From positions 1 to 16,388 of the forward strand of contig JBBIMK010000035.1 in assembly GCA_037444445.1 (NCBI GenBank): a DNA stretch of 16,388 nt, in the 5' to 3' direction. The DNA is from a bacterium (lineage in GTDB: Bacteria > UBP7 > UBA6624 > JBBIMK01). The notes beneath the pieces are model-generated. The model did not search any database. It was not told the DNA's origin and was given only the letters and a program-made list of their open reading frames with translations. The translations under genes and the position numbers were made by a program. Below are positions 1-8,388 of this stretch, piece after piece. Every line of letters begins with the position of its first letter. The first letter of the stretch is position 1.

Positions 1-219
1 ATAATTCATCCTCCTTCTGCTGTCTAATTTCCAACCTTGCAATATTATCCTACTATAAGTTATAGGGAAAAGTCAAGCGATTATACTTTTTGAGTCAATA
101 CAGCCTGTAGAAATCCCCTTTTTCTCTTGCTCAACGAAGTTTCACGGTTTCGGTGTTACACTCAGGAGTCAATTCTCTTCAGGAAGAAAGGAGGTTTGGC
201 GCGGGGTGAAGATGAGGGG

Positions 220-933
220 CTATTTTTTCGCTGAGGAGATTGGAGGAGGATAGAGGTAAATGGGCTCTACAGGGGGCAGTTTGCCCTTCTTCCGTTTCAT
301 TTTATGGTATGCCCATTGAAGATACCCGATGGGTGAAGGCAAATAGAGGTCTTTTACGAGGATGACTTCTTTTTGTTTTTTTTCCAGGGATTCCACAGGG
401 AAAAGGGGGAGAGCATCACCACCCAGCCACACCTTTTTTCCTCTGCATTGGGTGAGGAGGACATTTGGAGTGGTGCGACCCCACTCGGATATGCTCACGG
501 GCAGGAGATATGAAGGCTGATACCACCCATAGAATACTTCTCCACGAACAGCCTGGATGACGGGCAGAAGAAAACGGATGTCAGGAGCCTCATCTATCTC
601 CTTTTGATGGTCGTAAAAGCGGGCGTTCAGGCTGAAGGCAAATGCTTCCAGTGCGCTAACTCCGATGACAGGCCTGGAGAGGACATCACCGAGGATAGTG
701 GCGAAGGCAATGCCAATTTTTATTCCTGTAAGGGAGCCGGGTCCTGGATTCACCAGGATGGCATCCACCTGAGTCAGGGACATTCTGCCAGCGTCCAGTG
801 CGTCTTCTACGGTGCGAGTGAGAAGGCGAGAGGTATTCTCCCGGAGGAAAATGCTCTGTCCCCGAATCCTCTGTTCGTCTCCTACGAATACTGAGGAAAG
901 TCGGCTGGCAGTGTCAATACCGAGGAAATTCAT
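220..933 (-). CDS. tsaB: tRNA N6-threonylcarbamoyladenosine (t6A) biosynthesis protein TsaB (YeaZ-like)
   Basis: 237-aa ORF with an ATG start. The N-terminus MNFLGIDTAS and the motif NPGPGSLTGIKIGIAF match the ASKHA-fold TsaB signature (xxLxIDTS ... GPGSFTGxRIG). The start overlaps the tsaE stop by 4 nt (930-933), the usual tsaE-tsaB linkage. Confidence 0.85.
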   Translation of the reverse strand: MNFLGIDTASRLSSVFVGDEQRIRGQSIFLRENTSRLLTRTVEDALDAGRMSLTQVDAILVNPGPGSLTGIKIGIAFATILGDVLSRPVIGVSALEAFAFSLNARFYDHQKEIDEAPDIRFLLPVIQAVRGEVFYGWYQPSYLLPVSISEWGRTTPNVLLTQCRGKKVWLGGDALPLFPVESLEKKQKEVILVKDLYLPSPIGYLQWAYHKMKRKKGKLPPVEPIYLYPPPISSAKK

Positions 934-1457
934 TCCCTTTTCCCTTTCGTTTCGCCTCTCATTTTTTTCTGCAATTGTCTGATTTTTCTGAGTATCTGGG
1001 CCTTACCCCGGAGGGAAATTCGCCTCTCTTCTTCTCTTTTCCCTTTACGAATTTGTATCAGGAGAACGGGAATGCCTCTCTCTTTCAGGTCCTGCTCCAT
1101 CCGTTCTCCCCATTCTACTGCCACAATTCCTTCAAACGATAAAACTTCTTCCACCTGTTCAGGTTCTACGATATTTTTCCGGTAGAGGTCCAGATGGAGA
1201 AGGGGAACAGGTCCCGGGTAGAGGAGTGCGGTCAGAAAAGCGGGACTGCGGAGCAGGTTCCGGGCGATACCCAGCCCTTCTCCCAGTCCTTTAATCAGCA
1301 CTGTTTTTCCCATTCCCAATTCACCTTTCACGAGAAGAATCGCTGGAGGGGTCAGAATCCCTGCCAGCCCTTTGCCCAGCAGGGAAGTTTCTTCCTCACT
1401 CCGACTATGAAAACGAATGACGATAGCCGGTTTCCTGGAGTCGGGTTTCCTTGCCAT
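930..1457 (-). CDS. tsaE: t6A biosynthesis ATPase TsaE (YjeE-like)
   Basis: 175-aa ORF with an ATG start. The Walker A-like motif LVKGELGMGKTVLIKGLGEGLGI is typical of TsaE (GxLGAGKTT). It sits immediately upstream of tsaB. The annotated start overlaps the thiL 3' end by 53 nt, and I saw no alternative ATG/GTG/TTG start. Confidence 0.82.
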   Translation of the reverse strand: MARKPDSRKPAIVIRFHSRSEEETSLLGKGLAGILTPPAILLVKGELGMGKTVLIKGLGEGLGIARNLLRSPAFLTALLYPGPVPLLHLDLYRKNIVEPEQVEEVLSFEGIVAVEWGERMEQDLKERGIPVLLIQIRKGKREEERRISLRGKAQILRKIRQLQKKMRGETKGKRE

Positions 1458-2370
1458 TTTGGTTGAGATAAACGCCGGAGCCTTTTCTGACCTTCCCGAT
1501 GACAGTGAAAGGGCAGTATAGTTTGCGATGGCAAGCCCGTTTCGCTTTGTTCACATCTTCTAATGGGAGAGCCAGGAGCAATTCATATTCTTCGCCGGAG
1601 GCAAGGGCGATGGAAAGGGGCGACTTCCCTATTTTTCGGGCAAAGGATTTTACATAAGGGGCCACCGGTATCCTCTCCGCATCCAGCACAATCGCACATC
1701 CGCTTTCCTCACTCAATCGGTGGGCGTCGGAAGAGAGGCCGTCAGATATATCCAACATGGCATGAGCGAATTGCCCGAGGATTGCACCTTCACGGGTTCT
1801 GGGCATGGGCTCAAGGAAGCGATGTTTGAGATGGGAGAAATGGGGCAGAGAGCGGGAGCAAGCGAGCCAGCCTGCGTGCATTGCGCCCAGACAGCCCGTT
1901 ACCGCCACCACATCACCGATTTTTGCACCCGAACGACCCACTGGCTTCTCTGTTTCTCCCAGCGCCATCCCTCCCAGAATTAACGGGCCTGGTGATGTTA
2001 CCGTGTCACCGCCAATCAGGGAAATTCCGAAATGAGTGCAGGCATCTTTGACTCCCCCTAAAAGTTCGTTCAGGCTTTCCTGGCTGAAGTCAGAGGGTAA
2101 GCCGAGGGCCAGGAGAAAATAGGTGGGATGAGCCCCCATTGCTGCCACATCCGAGACATTGGCTACCACCACCCGCCACCCCGCATGCCACAGCCTCATA
2201 TACTGAAACGAAAAGTGAACCCCCTCCACGCGCAAATCCGTCGTTACCACCAGATGGGTTTTTCCCGACGGCAGGAAATATGCGGCATCATCTCTCAGAT
2301 TTAATCCAGGGTGAGAAAGCCCCAGCATTTTTTGAATTCGTGCAATCACCTGCCGTTCATCCATGTTCAT
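1405..2370 (-). CDS. thiL: thiamine-monophosphate kinase ThiL (AIR-synthase/PurM-like fold)
   Basis: 321-aa ORF. Motifs DDAAYF, LVVTTDLRVEGVHF, WRVVVANVSDVAAMGAHP, GGDT and DISDGL are characteristic of ThiL. ATG at 2370, with a second in-frame ATG at 2364. Confidence 0.85.
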   Translation of the reverse strand: MNMDERQVIARIQKMLGLSHPGLNLRDDAAYFLPSGKTHLVVTTDLRVEGVHFSFQYMRLWHAGWRVVVANVSDVAAMGAHPTYFLLALGLPSDFSQESLNELLGGVKDACTHFGISLIGGDTVTSPGPLILGGMALGETEKPVGRSGAKIGDVVAVTGCLGAMHAGWLACSRSLPHFSHLKHRFLEPMPRTREGAILGQFAHAMLDISDGLSSDAHRLSEESGCAIVLDAERIPVAPYVKSFARKIGKSPLSIALASGEEYELLLALPLEDVNKAKRACHRKLYCPFTVIGKVRKGSGVYLNQNGKETRLQETGYRHSFS

Positions 2371-2581
2371 TCACAGACCACAGATTTTTTCGCAAAAGGA
2401 TGGAGTTTTTTGCCCCCGTCGGGTAGGGTGAATTGAGAAGGTGGGGCACACCACCGGAAGCAGAAGCGGTGAGATAGCTGTCTCGCACTACAGAGGGCAG
2501 GATGGAAGCATCCCGAGTTGCTTTATTTCCAGTTCAGAATGACAGGCAGGTCTGTGTCCCATATCCGAGAGTCCACGCCCT

Positions 2582-3424
2582 TTAACCAGGCGGATTTTCA
2601 ATGTTCTCCCTCCCGAGAGGAGGTGGTGGAACATTCCGGCGTTGGTGTTTCATTTCCTTTCGCTGTTTATTTCTTTTTTCCTCTGCTTTTTCTCTTTCCC
2701 TTCGCTCCGCAACGCTTTGCATGAACTCTTCAAATTCCTCCGGGTGGAGGGACAGGCGCAGAGAGGGGAGATGACTGCGTAACTGCTTCGCCTTTTCCTC
2801 CCATTTTTTACGCAGTTGGTTTTTATATTCTTCATATGCGCCCAACCGGATATATAACTCCTCTTCCCCTTCGTGTTTCAACTGTTCCCGAACCACTTCT
2901 GCCTCTTCTTTGTAGCACTGGCGGGCAACCCACTCTGTGCAACGGATACGCCACCACCAGAATTCCGTCAAGAACTTTCGGAGAACCTGGTGCAACAGGG
3001 GACTTCCTTCTCCATCCCAGATTCCCGGATGATAATGAATCAACACAGAATAAGTGCAGACGGTGGGCAAGAAGCGCCCCCAATGGATGTCGCCCAGGTA
3101 ATACTTGAACGGACCTTTCATCATCCGGAAGTTCATCCGACTAATGTGGGCTTCGTGGAGCCATTCGTTGATTTCTTCCCACTCTATGAACCGAAAATAG
3201 GGGCCTATACGATACATGCACTGCCAGTGCAGGAGGAACCAGTTGGGACCCTGGTCTACGATTCTGGCATCTTTCACCAGAGGATGATGCTTCGCCTGGT
3301 GGTTCAGGTCATTTACGGCGCGGACAATAAAAGGGAGGGAAATCTCCATAAGAAGCCCTTCCAGGGCGATGGATTTCGGTGCGCCATCCTGGTATCCGAT
3401 GGGTTCACTGGGCGGGTAAGTCAT
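2582..3424 (-). CDS. hypothetical protein; aromatic-rich N-terminal domain (possibly SRPBCC/START-like) plus a very Lys/Glu/Arg-rich C-terminal tail
   Basis: 280-aa ORF with an ATG start preceded by GAGGAGGG about 8 nt upstream. The first ~170 aa are W/H/F/Y-rich (…MMKGPFKYYLGDIHW…), reminiscent of polyketide-cyclase/SRPBCC folds. The last ~110 aa are charged and coiled-coil-like (…ERREREKAEEKRNKQRKEMKHQRRN). The competing plus-strand ORF 2873-3562 looks non-coding. Confidence 0.6.
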   Translation of the reverse strand: MTYPPSEPIGYQDGAPKSIALEGLLMEISLPFIVRAVNDLNHQAKHHPLVKDARIVDQGPNWFLLHWQCMYRIGPYFRFIEWEEINEWLHEAHISRMNFRMMKGPFKYYLGDIHWGRFLPTVCTYSVLIHYHPGIWDGEGSPLLHQVLRKFLTEFWWWRIRCTEWVARQCYKEEAEVVREQLKHEGEEELYIRLGAYEEYKNQLRKKWEEKAKQLRSHLPSLRLSLHPEEFEEFMQSVAERREREKAEEKRNKQRKEMKHQRRNVPPPPLGRENIENPPG

Positions 3425-3510
3425 TCCACCATCCCTCCTCTCGCAAAATCAGATAATGAGCAGTTCCTCCTCCAAGGATTCACGAACCGTTCTCACAAGG
3501 CAATCCCAAA

Positions 3511-3807
3511 TTATCCCTTCCTCTTCTTCCTCTCCACCAGGGTTCTCTCGGCATCCAGGTAATCCTGAAAGAGGGTTTCTAAATCATCCTCGCTATAAAT
3601 GACAGATTTTCGGCTCACCGTAATATCATCACCGGAGCGGGTAATCACAGCCAGGTCCGGTGGAAGTTTCTTCAGTTCTTCTTCCGCTACCTGCCGATAC
3701 AGTTCTTTATATTTGTGAACCACCTTGCCTTCCTGAATCGTAATCAAGCCAGCAAATTCAAAATCCCCTTCTACTCCATTCCGCCGGTATTCCAGAATAT
3801 ACAGCAC
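3511..3807 (-). CDS. hypothetical small protein (98 aa), no recognisable family
   Basis: GTG start (complement of 3805-3807) preceded by AAGGGGTGA at suitable spacing. The residue composition is balanced and protein-like. It lies in the same orientation between the peptidase gene and the 280-aa ORF. Confidence 0.5.
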   Translation of the reverse strand: MLYILEYRRNGVEGDFEFAGLITIQEGKVVHKYKELYRQVAEEELKKLPPDLAVITRSGDDITVSRKSVIYSEDDLETLFQDYLDAERTLVERKKRKG

Positions 3808-3884
3808 TTTCTCGTCACCCCTTTTCCACTTCTATAATATAAACTCCGTTATTACCCGTTTGTTTCTTTCTTTCTCATACCTGA

Positions 3885-4991
3885 CTATTGTAACACAAAT
3901 GGTTTTGGTATAAAAGAGGTCAGGACCACGCACTGTCCATTCTGTATGGCTACCGTTTCTTCCAGGCGGATACCAAACCGCCCGGGAAGGTAGATGCCGG
4001 GCTCAATGGTCACTATCATATCGTTGTTCAGCGTGTCCTCTGATAGGCTGGAAAGGCGGGGGAGTTCGTGGACTTCCAGGCCAAGGCCGTGTCCGAGACC
4101 ATGTCCAAATGCTTCGCCATAGCCAGCGTTCTGAATCACAGAGCGAGCCGCAAAGTCCACTTCCCGCGCCGGAATCTTCTCTCCAAGAGCAGATATAGCC
4201 GCCTCTTGTGCTCTTTCCACGACCTCAAATACTTCTTTCACCTCTTTAGACAGTGAACTACCCAGGACGAAGGTTCGCGTCACATCCGAGCAATAACCGG
4301 AAACACACGCCCCCGCATCCACCGTTACCACATCCCCTTCCTCAATCTTTTTCTCCGAAGGAGTTCCGTGGGGCATAGAAGTGCGGACACCGGATAGCAC
4401 GATGGTGTCAAAAGCCTTTCCATCCGCCCCTTGCTTTTGCATCGTATAATCCATCTCCAGAGCCGCCTCTCTCTCCGTCATCCCGGGCTTTAACGCCTGG
4501 AATAAATGCTGGAATGCACTCCCCAGAACCCGGCAGGATTCTTGAATCAGTCGAATCTCTTCAGGGGATTTGAATGCCCTGTGATGCTCAATCATCCCGC
4601 TACAGGGCACCCATTCTACCGCAGGTAGGATTTCCTTGAAAGCGTTCCACTCTTCCACCGTCACCAGATGGGATTCAAATCCAATTCGCTGAGGGTGGCT
4701 TTTCTCCACCTCTTTCAGCACGAACTCCCTGATTTTTGTGGCAAACATCGTGCCCTCCACATAGAGGTCTCCTTCCGCCAGTGCCCCCGCCTTTTCCTGG
4801 TAACGAAAGTCCACATACAGAGTGGTTCTTCCGGGCGCCAGGTAGAGATACCCTTCCGACCCATAGAAGCCGGAAAGGTAATAGCGGTTATACACCGAAT
4901 GAATCAGGAATCCGTCCAGTTTCTGCTCCACCAGCCACCGATAAACCTTATCCCGCCGGGGGGCAAAAATCTTTTTCTCTCCTTCCCTCAT
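3885..4991 (-). CDS. M24B-family Xaa-Pro aminopeptidase/dipeptidase (creatinase-like N-domain plus pita-bread catalytic domain)
   Basis: 368-aa ORF with an ATG start preceded by AAGGTGAGGA. Metal-ligand motifs DAGACVSGYCSDVTRTF, HGLGHGLGLEVHE and TIEPGIY..RLEE are typical of PepP/PepQ-type M24 peptidases. Confidence 0.85.
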   Translation of the reverse strand: MREGEKKIFAPRRDKVYRWLVEQKLDGFLIHSVYNRYYLSGFYGSEGYLYLAPGRTTLYVDFRYQEKAGALAEGDLYVEGTMFATKIREFVLKEVEKSHPQRIGFESHLVTVEEWNAFKEILPAVEWVPCSGMIEHHRAFKSPEEIRLIQESCRVLGSAFQHLFQALKPGMTEREAALEMDYTMQKQGADGKAFDTIVLSGVRTSMPHGTPSEKKIEEGDVVTVDAGACVSGYCSDVTRTFVLGSSLSKEVKEVFEVVERAQEAAISALGEKIPAREVDFAARSVIQNAGYGEAFGHGLGHGLGLEVHELPRLSSLSEDTLNNDMIVTIEPGIYLPGRFGIRLEETVAIQNGQCVVLTSFIPKPFVLQ

Positions 4992-5044
4992 CGTTCCTCA
5001 CCTTCTTTTAGTGTATCACAGAGCAAGGGTATAACAGCAGGCTC

Positions 5045-6361
5045 TCACTCCTCGCTTTCCCTGTTCAGATTTCTCGGAGTGGTTGCAATCTTCTCTATCT
5101 CTTCTGCATGCTTCTCCAGCCAGGACAGGCATGCTTCCTTGCAGAAGGTTTTCACTCGCTCCCAGCCCTTGCTCTTCTCCCCTGTGCGGAAGAAAGCCGC
5201 CAGAACCCCCAGCGCCTTCCCCTGCCGGTAAGTGATGTCTTCCTCCTCCGCCTTCGTGAGGGATTGTTGAAGTTCAGCATTCAGCCACTCCCGAGTGACT
5301 TCCGGAAATTTGAGGGAGCAATCCTGGAATTGCCCTCTGGAGTAGCAAATCACCATAGGGAGGAAGGGAGAAGCGGCGTGAGAAATCTCGTCAAAATAGT
5401 CAAATCGGTCATCATAAGAGAGGATTTCTTTCACCCCATCTCCATCCACATCTCGGAATACCGGTTCATACCCATTTCCCACATCCAGAAGGGATTCAGA
5501 TAATTTTCCATCTTTCTCTTCGTACAGACGGTAGTTCCAGCAGCAATGAGCGCCGCCGGTAAATTCCACTACCACGGGTTCTTCCTTCTGCTTTTCCCGC
5601 ACGGAGGCGCAGTATAAATCGAAAACCTGAGGGCTCAGATTCTCCTGAGGAGTTTTGGATTCAGTCAAAGGGAAAGATGCCAGCACAAAGGCGTCCAGCC
5701 CATTTTTTAAGAGCCGCCACTCCACATTTTTCTCCGTGAAAAAGAAGGAACGGGTGTAGGGTTCGCATCGTTGAGGTGCCCGAGCCAGTATTTCCTTCCC
5801 TTCCTCATACACCCTTTTCATCACTACAGGTTGAAGAGGGTTATCCCTCGGACCTCGGGGGAGAGCGACGATTTTTTTCGCCACTTCCAGCCCCTTCACC
5901 ACCTTTCCGAAAATGGTGTAAGCCCCATCCAGTTTATGCGCGGGTGCCACGGTAATATAGAATTGACTACCACTGGAACGCCTTTCGGGGTTCACGGCGT
6001 CCGGCAGGCGAGCCATTGCCACCATTCCTTCCTCATGGGTCAAAGTCGGAGTGATTTCTGCGGGCAAAGTGTAGCCCGGACCACCCGTTCCATTTCCCCG
6101 ATTATCCCCGCCCTGAATCACAAACCCTGGAACTATGCGGTGAAAGGTCAGCCCGGTGTAATACTGGAGGTTGACGAGAAATAAAAAATTCTCCACCGTT
6201 TTCGGCGCCTTATCTGAATAGAGTTCCATCACAATTTCTCCGTAATCGGTGAGGATATGAACCCGAGGGTAAGAGGGGGGGTTGCTCGCCCCAATAAGAA
6301 GGAAAGCGACGAAGGCTATCCCCCCTATCCACCTTCCGTTCCCAACTATTCTTTTGCTCAT
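5045..6361 (-). CDS. membrane-anchored/secreted cyclophilin-type peptidyl-prolyl cis-trans isomerase fused to a ~240-aa uncharacterised C-terminal domain
   Basis: N-terminal hydrophobic segment (IGGIAFVAFLLIGA). The cyclophilin core is FHRIVPGFVIQGGD … SSGSQFYIT … LDGAYTIFGKVV. The C-terminal half carries DVDGDGVKEI (an FG-GAP/Ca-binding-like loop) and several Cys. The ORF track starts at GTG 6370. I prefer ATG 6361 because AGAGGTGA lies 5 nt upstream of it. Confidence 0.8.
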   Translation of the reverse strand: MSKRIVGNGRWIGGIAFVAFLLIGASNPPSYPRVHILTDYGEIVMELYSDKAPKTVENFLFLVNLQYYTGLTFHRIVPGFVIQGGDNRGNGTGGPGYTLPAEITPTLTHEEGMVAMARLPDAVNPERRSSGSQFYITVAPAHKLDGAYTIFGKVVKGLEVAKKIVALPRGPRDNPLQPVVMKRVYEEGKEILARAPQRCEPYTRSFFFTEKNVEWRLLKNGLDAFVLASFPLTESKTPQENLSPQVFDLYCASVREKQKEEPVVVEFTGGAHCCWNYRLYEEKDGKLSESLLDVGNGYEPVFRDVDGDGVKEILSYDDRFDYFDEISHAASPFLPMVICYSRGQFQDCSLKFPEVTREWLNAELQQSLTKAEEEDITYRQGKALGVLAAFFRTGEKSKGWERVKTFCKEACLSWLEKHAEEIEKIATTPRNLNRESEE

Positions 6362-6506
6362 ACACATCACCTCTTGTGTCAGTATATCACATGGGGCTTT
6401 CTTTTTTCAACCCATCCCTCCCATTGGGAGGTGGAGAATTTCTTGCCCCTGTCCATCATTTTCTATTGACACCTTGAATTAATCATAACACAGTCAGTGC
6501 CGTGCC

Positions 6507-7589
6507 CTACTTTTTGCCACCTGGAGAAGAGCCCAGACGCCAGTGAAGGATGAGGATAGAAAGGTAGCCCAGACCGAGATAAATCGTATAGAAGATGGAG
6601 CGGTCCAGAAGAGTGGCAGCCGCCGAGATATTCTCTTTTACGCGCAGAGCGGAGAACATTCCGATGAGACTGGCTTCTGTGATCCCAAACCCGGCGGGAA
6701 CGAAGCCTAAAACTCTCGCCGCTAACTGCGCCACCGTTACCGCCACGAACACACTCAAGAAGGGCACCCTTTCCCCCAGGCCCCGGAACACCATATAGGT
6801 CCGAAAATAATCCACCATTCCGGCGAGAAGCGCCAGAGCAATGCAGGTCCATGCCGACCCGCGATTCTCCAGACTCTTTTTCACCGTAGCCAGAAAGGCT
6901 ATAGACCGCTCCTGAACATATCCCTGGAAGTCAGGATAGGAAGGGAATCGCCTGCGAATGTGCGAAAAGGGAAGAAAATACACAATCGTAAGAAACACCC
7001 TCGTTAGAAAGGCAGAAAGCATTCCTTTCAACAATATGATAGACACTACAGATGTCGTCAGAAGTATTAAAACCACGAATAGGCTCACAGCCACAGAAGG
7101 AGGAAATTCCACCTGAAAGAATACCAGCACCATCGCCAGTAGAGTGAAAATCAGGGTGGCGAACAGGGTATAAAATCGGTCCAGAAGAGTAATGCCGATA
7201 AAGGAAGTTTTCCCGTCTCCGTAGAGGGCATTCAGGTAATAGGCTTTGAAGGGCTCCCCACCTGCATGAAAGGCTGGTGTAGTAGAGTCTACAAAATTCC
7301 CTGCAAGGAAAATGAGATAGGCATCCAAAAGATGGACTTTCGCCGCGCCTCTTGCCGCCCGCATGAGTTTTATCCCATTCAGCAACCCGCTCAAAACTCC
7401 CAATAAAACCACCAGTAATGCTTCGGGCACCCTCAATTCTGAAAATGTCCTGAAAATAGACGGCAATCCGATTCTATGGAGAATCAGCAGCAGCAAACTG
7501 CCCAGGAGAACTGGAAAGAGATAAAGGAAACCTTTCACTGCCCTTGTGTATCTATTTTTTATCACATTTTTCAGATTTTGTCCACTCAA
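6507..7589 (-). CDS. polytopic membrane protein, flippase-like / lysylphosphatidylglycerol-synthase TM-region (UPF0104) family
   Basis: 360-aa ORF with about 8 hydrophobic segments. The short basic N-terminus followed by LLGSLLLLIL, and a conserved-looking GGEPFKAYYL loop, fit the LPG_synthase_TM family. The annotated start is TTG with no clear SD, so the start is uncertain. Confidence 0.6.
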   Translation of the reverse strand: MSGQNLKNVIKNRYTRAVKGFLYLFPVLLGSLLLLILHRIGLPSIFRTFSELRVPEALLVVLLGVLSGLLNGIKLMRAARGAAKVHLLDAYLIFLAGNFVDSTTPAFHAGGEPFKAYYLNALYGDGKTSFIGITLLDRFYTLFATLIFTLLAMVLVFFQVEFPPSVAVSLFVVLILLTTSVVSIILLKGMLSAFLTRVFLTIVYFLPFSHIRRRFPSYPDFQGYVQERSIAFLATVKKSLENRGSAWTCIALALLAGMVDYFRTYMVFRGLGERVPFLSVFVAVTVAQLAARVLGFVPAGFGITEASLIGMFSALRVKENISAAATLLDRSIFYTIYLGLGYLSILILHWRLGSSPGGKK

Positions 7590-7684
7590 TTTTGGCGGAG
7601 GAACTTTCTCCGGTGCATCTTACTGCGATGGCGAAAAACTGACAAATGTCATTGTTTTGGGGGAAGAGAGGTGTTAGGGTATCA

Positions 7685-7704
7685 TTGAATGAACATTCAT
7701 TCAA
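7685..7704. promoter_or_regulatory. perfect 9-2-9 palindrome TTGAATGAA-CA-TTCATTCAA, candidate TetR operator
   Basis: Read directly from the sequence. The arms are exact reverse complements. The palindrome straddles the ATG (7689) of the TetR gene at the head of the cassette, in the divergent 99-bp intergenic region. Confidence 0.45.
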
Positions 7705-8348
7705 CTGTGAAAAAATTTTCAGAAAACAGGGGAAAAGCCCGAAATGACCGCAGAGAGGAAATCCTTCGCTCCGCCGCCAGTGCCTTCCAGAAAAAGGGCT
7801 TCCTCGGCACCACCATGCAGGACATCTCCCGTCAATTGAAAATGACCCAGGGAAACCTCTACCACTACTTCAAAAATAAACAGGACATCCTCTTCCAGTG
7901 CCACGACTACTCCTTGAACCTCGTTTTACAGGAACTGGAAAGAATTCAAAATTCCCCCCTTTCGCCAGAGGAAAAACTCCGTGCTCTCATCCTGTTCCAT
8001 GTGGGAGTGATGGTGGACGAACTTCAAGCCAGCGCTATGGTTCTGGAGCTTCATGCCCTTTCCCCTGCCCGCTTGAAGAAGATTGTTCAAAAGAGGGATG
8101 CGTATGAAAGAGGGGTGCGGGAAATTATATCGGAAGGGATGAACCTGGGGATATTTGAGGATTATGACCCGAAACTGGTGGGCTTTTTCCTCTTCGGCGC
8201 CATCAACTGGCTCGTCCGCTGGTTCAACCCCGTAGGGCAGCGCTCGGCGAAAGAAGTGGCAGAAGCCTTCTCTAACCTCTTCATAGACGGCTTGAGAAAA
8301 AGGGTTGAAAAATCAACCGGAACGGAAAAGGGTGAGAAACGGCAATGA
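7689..8348 (+). CDS. TetR/AcrR-family transcriptional regulator
   Basis: 219-aa ORF. The N-terminal HTH EEILRSAASAFQKKGFLGTTMQDISRQLKMTQGNLYHYFKNKQDIL is a canonical TetR_N signature. It lies 40 bp upstream of, and co-oriented with, the reductase genes. Confidence 0.88.
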   Translation: MNIHSTVKKFSENRGKARNDRREEILRSAASAFQKKGFLGTTMQDISRQLKMTQGNLYHYFKNKQDILFQCHDYSLNLVLQELERIQNSPLSPEEKLRALILFHVGVMVDELQASAMVLELHALSPARLKKIVQKRDAYERGVREIISEGMNLGIFEDYDPKLVGFFLFGAINWLVRWFNPVGQRSAKEVAEAFSNLFIDGLRKRVEKSTGTEKGEKRQ

Positions 8349-8388
8349 ATGTCGGACGGAAAAATAAAACCTCAGGGAGGGCAAGAGA

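Noticed and set aside
1-219. Possible minus-strand gene start at the extreme left edge (GAAGGAGGATGAATTAT on the reverse strand), a promoter-like TTGCAA-N18-TATAGG (37-66) and a 13-codon mini-ORF at 212-253.
   Set aside because: The AGGAGG abuts the ATG with no spacer, and only 9 nt of the putative gene are in the window. The promoter-like hexamers point into antisense tsaB with no downstream gene. The mini-ORF overlaps the tsaB 3' end and has no support.
2288-2315. TPP-riboswitch-like elements near thiL on the minus strand (CUGAGA and ACCCUGGAU...).
   Set aside because: They lie inside the thiL coding sequence, not upstream of it. The real 5' region (2371-2581) lacks the CUGAGA/ACCUGAUCUGGAUAAUGCCAGCG core, and thiL is not normally TPP-riboswitch controlled.
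6417-6431. Perfect hairpin CCTCCC-ATT-GGGAGG between the flippase-like gene and the cyclophilin gene, considered as an intrinsic terminator.
   Set aside because: On the transcribed (minus) strand it is followed by an A-rich rather than a U-rich tract, and on the plus strand there is no gene to terminate. It may still be structural, but it does not fit a canonical rho-independent terminator.
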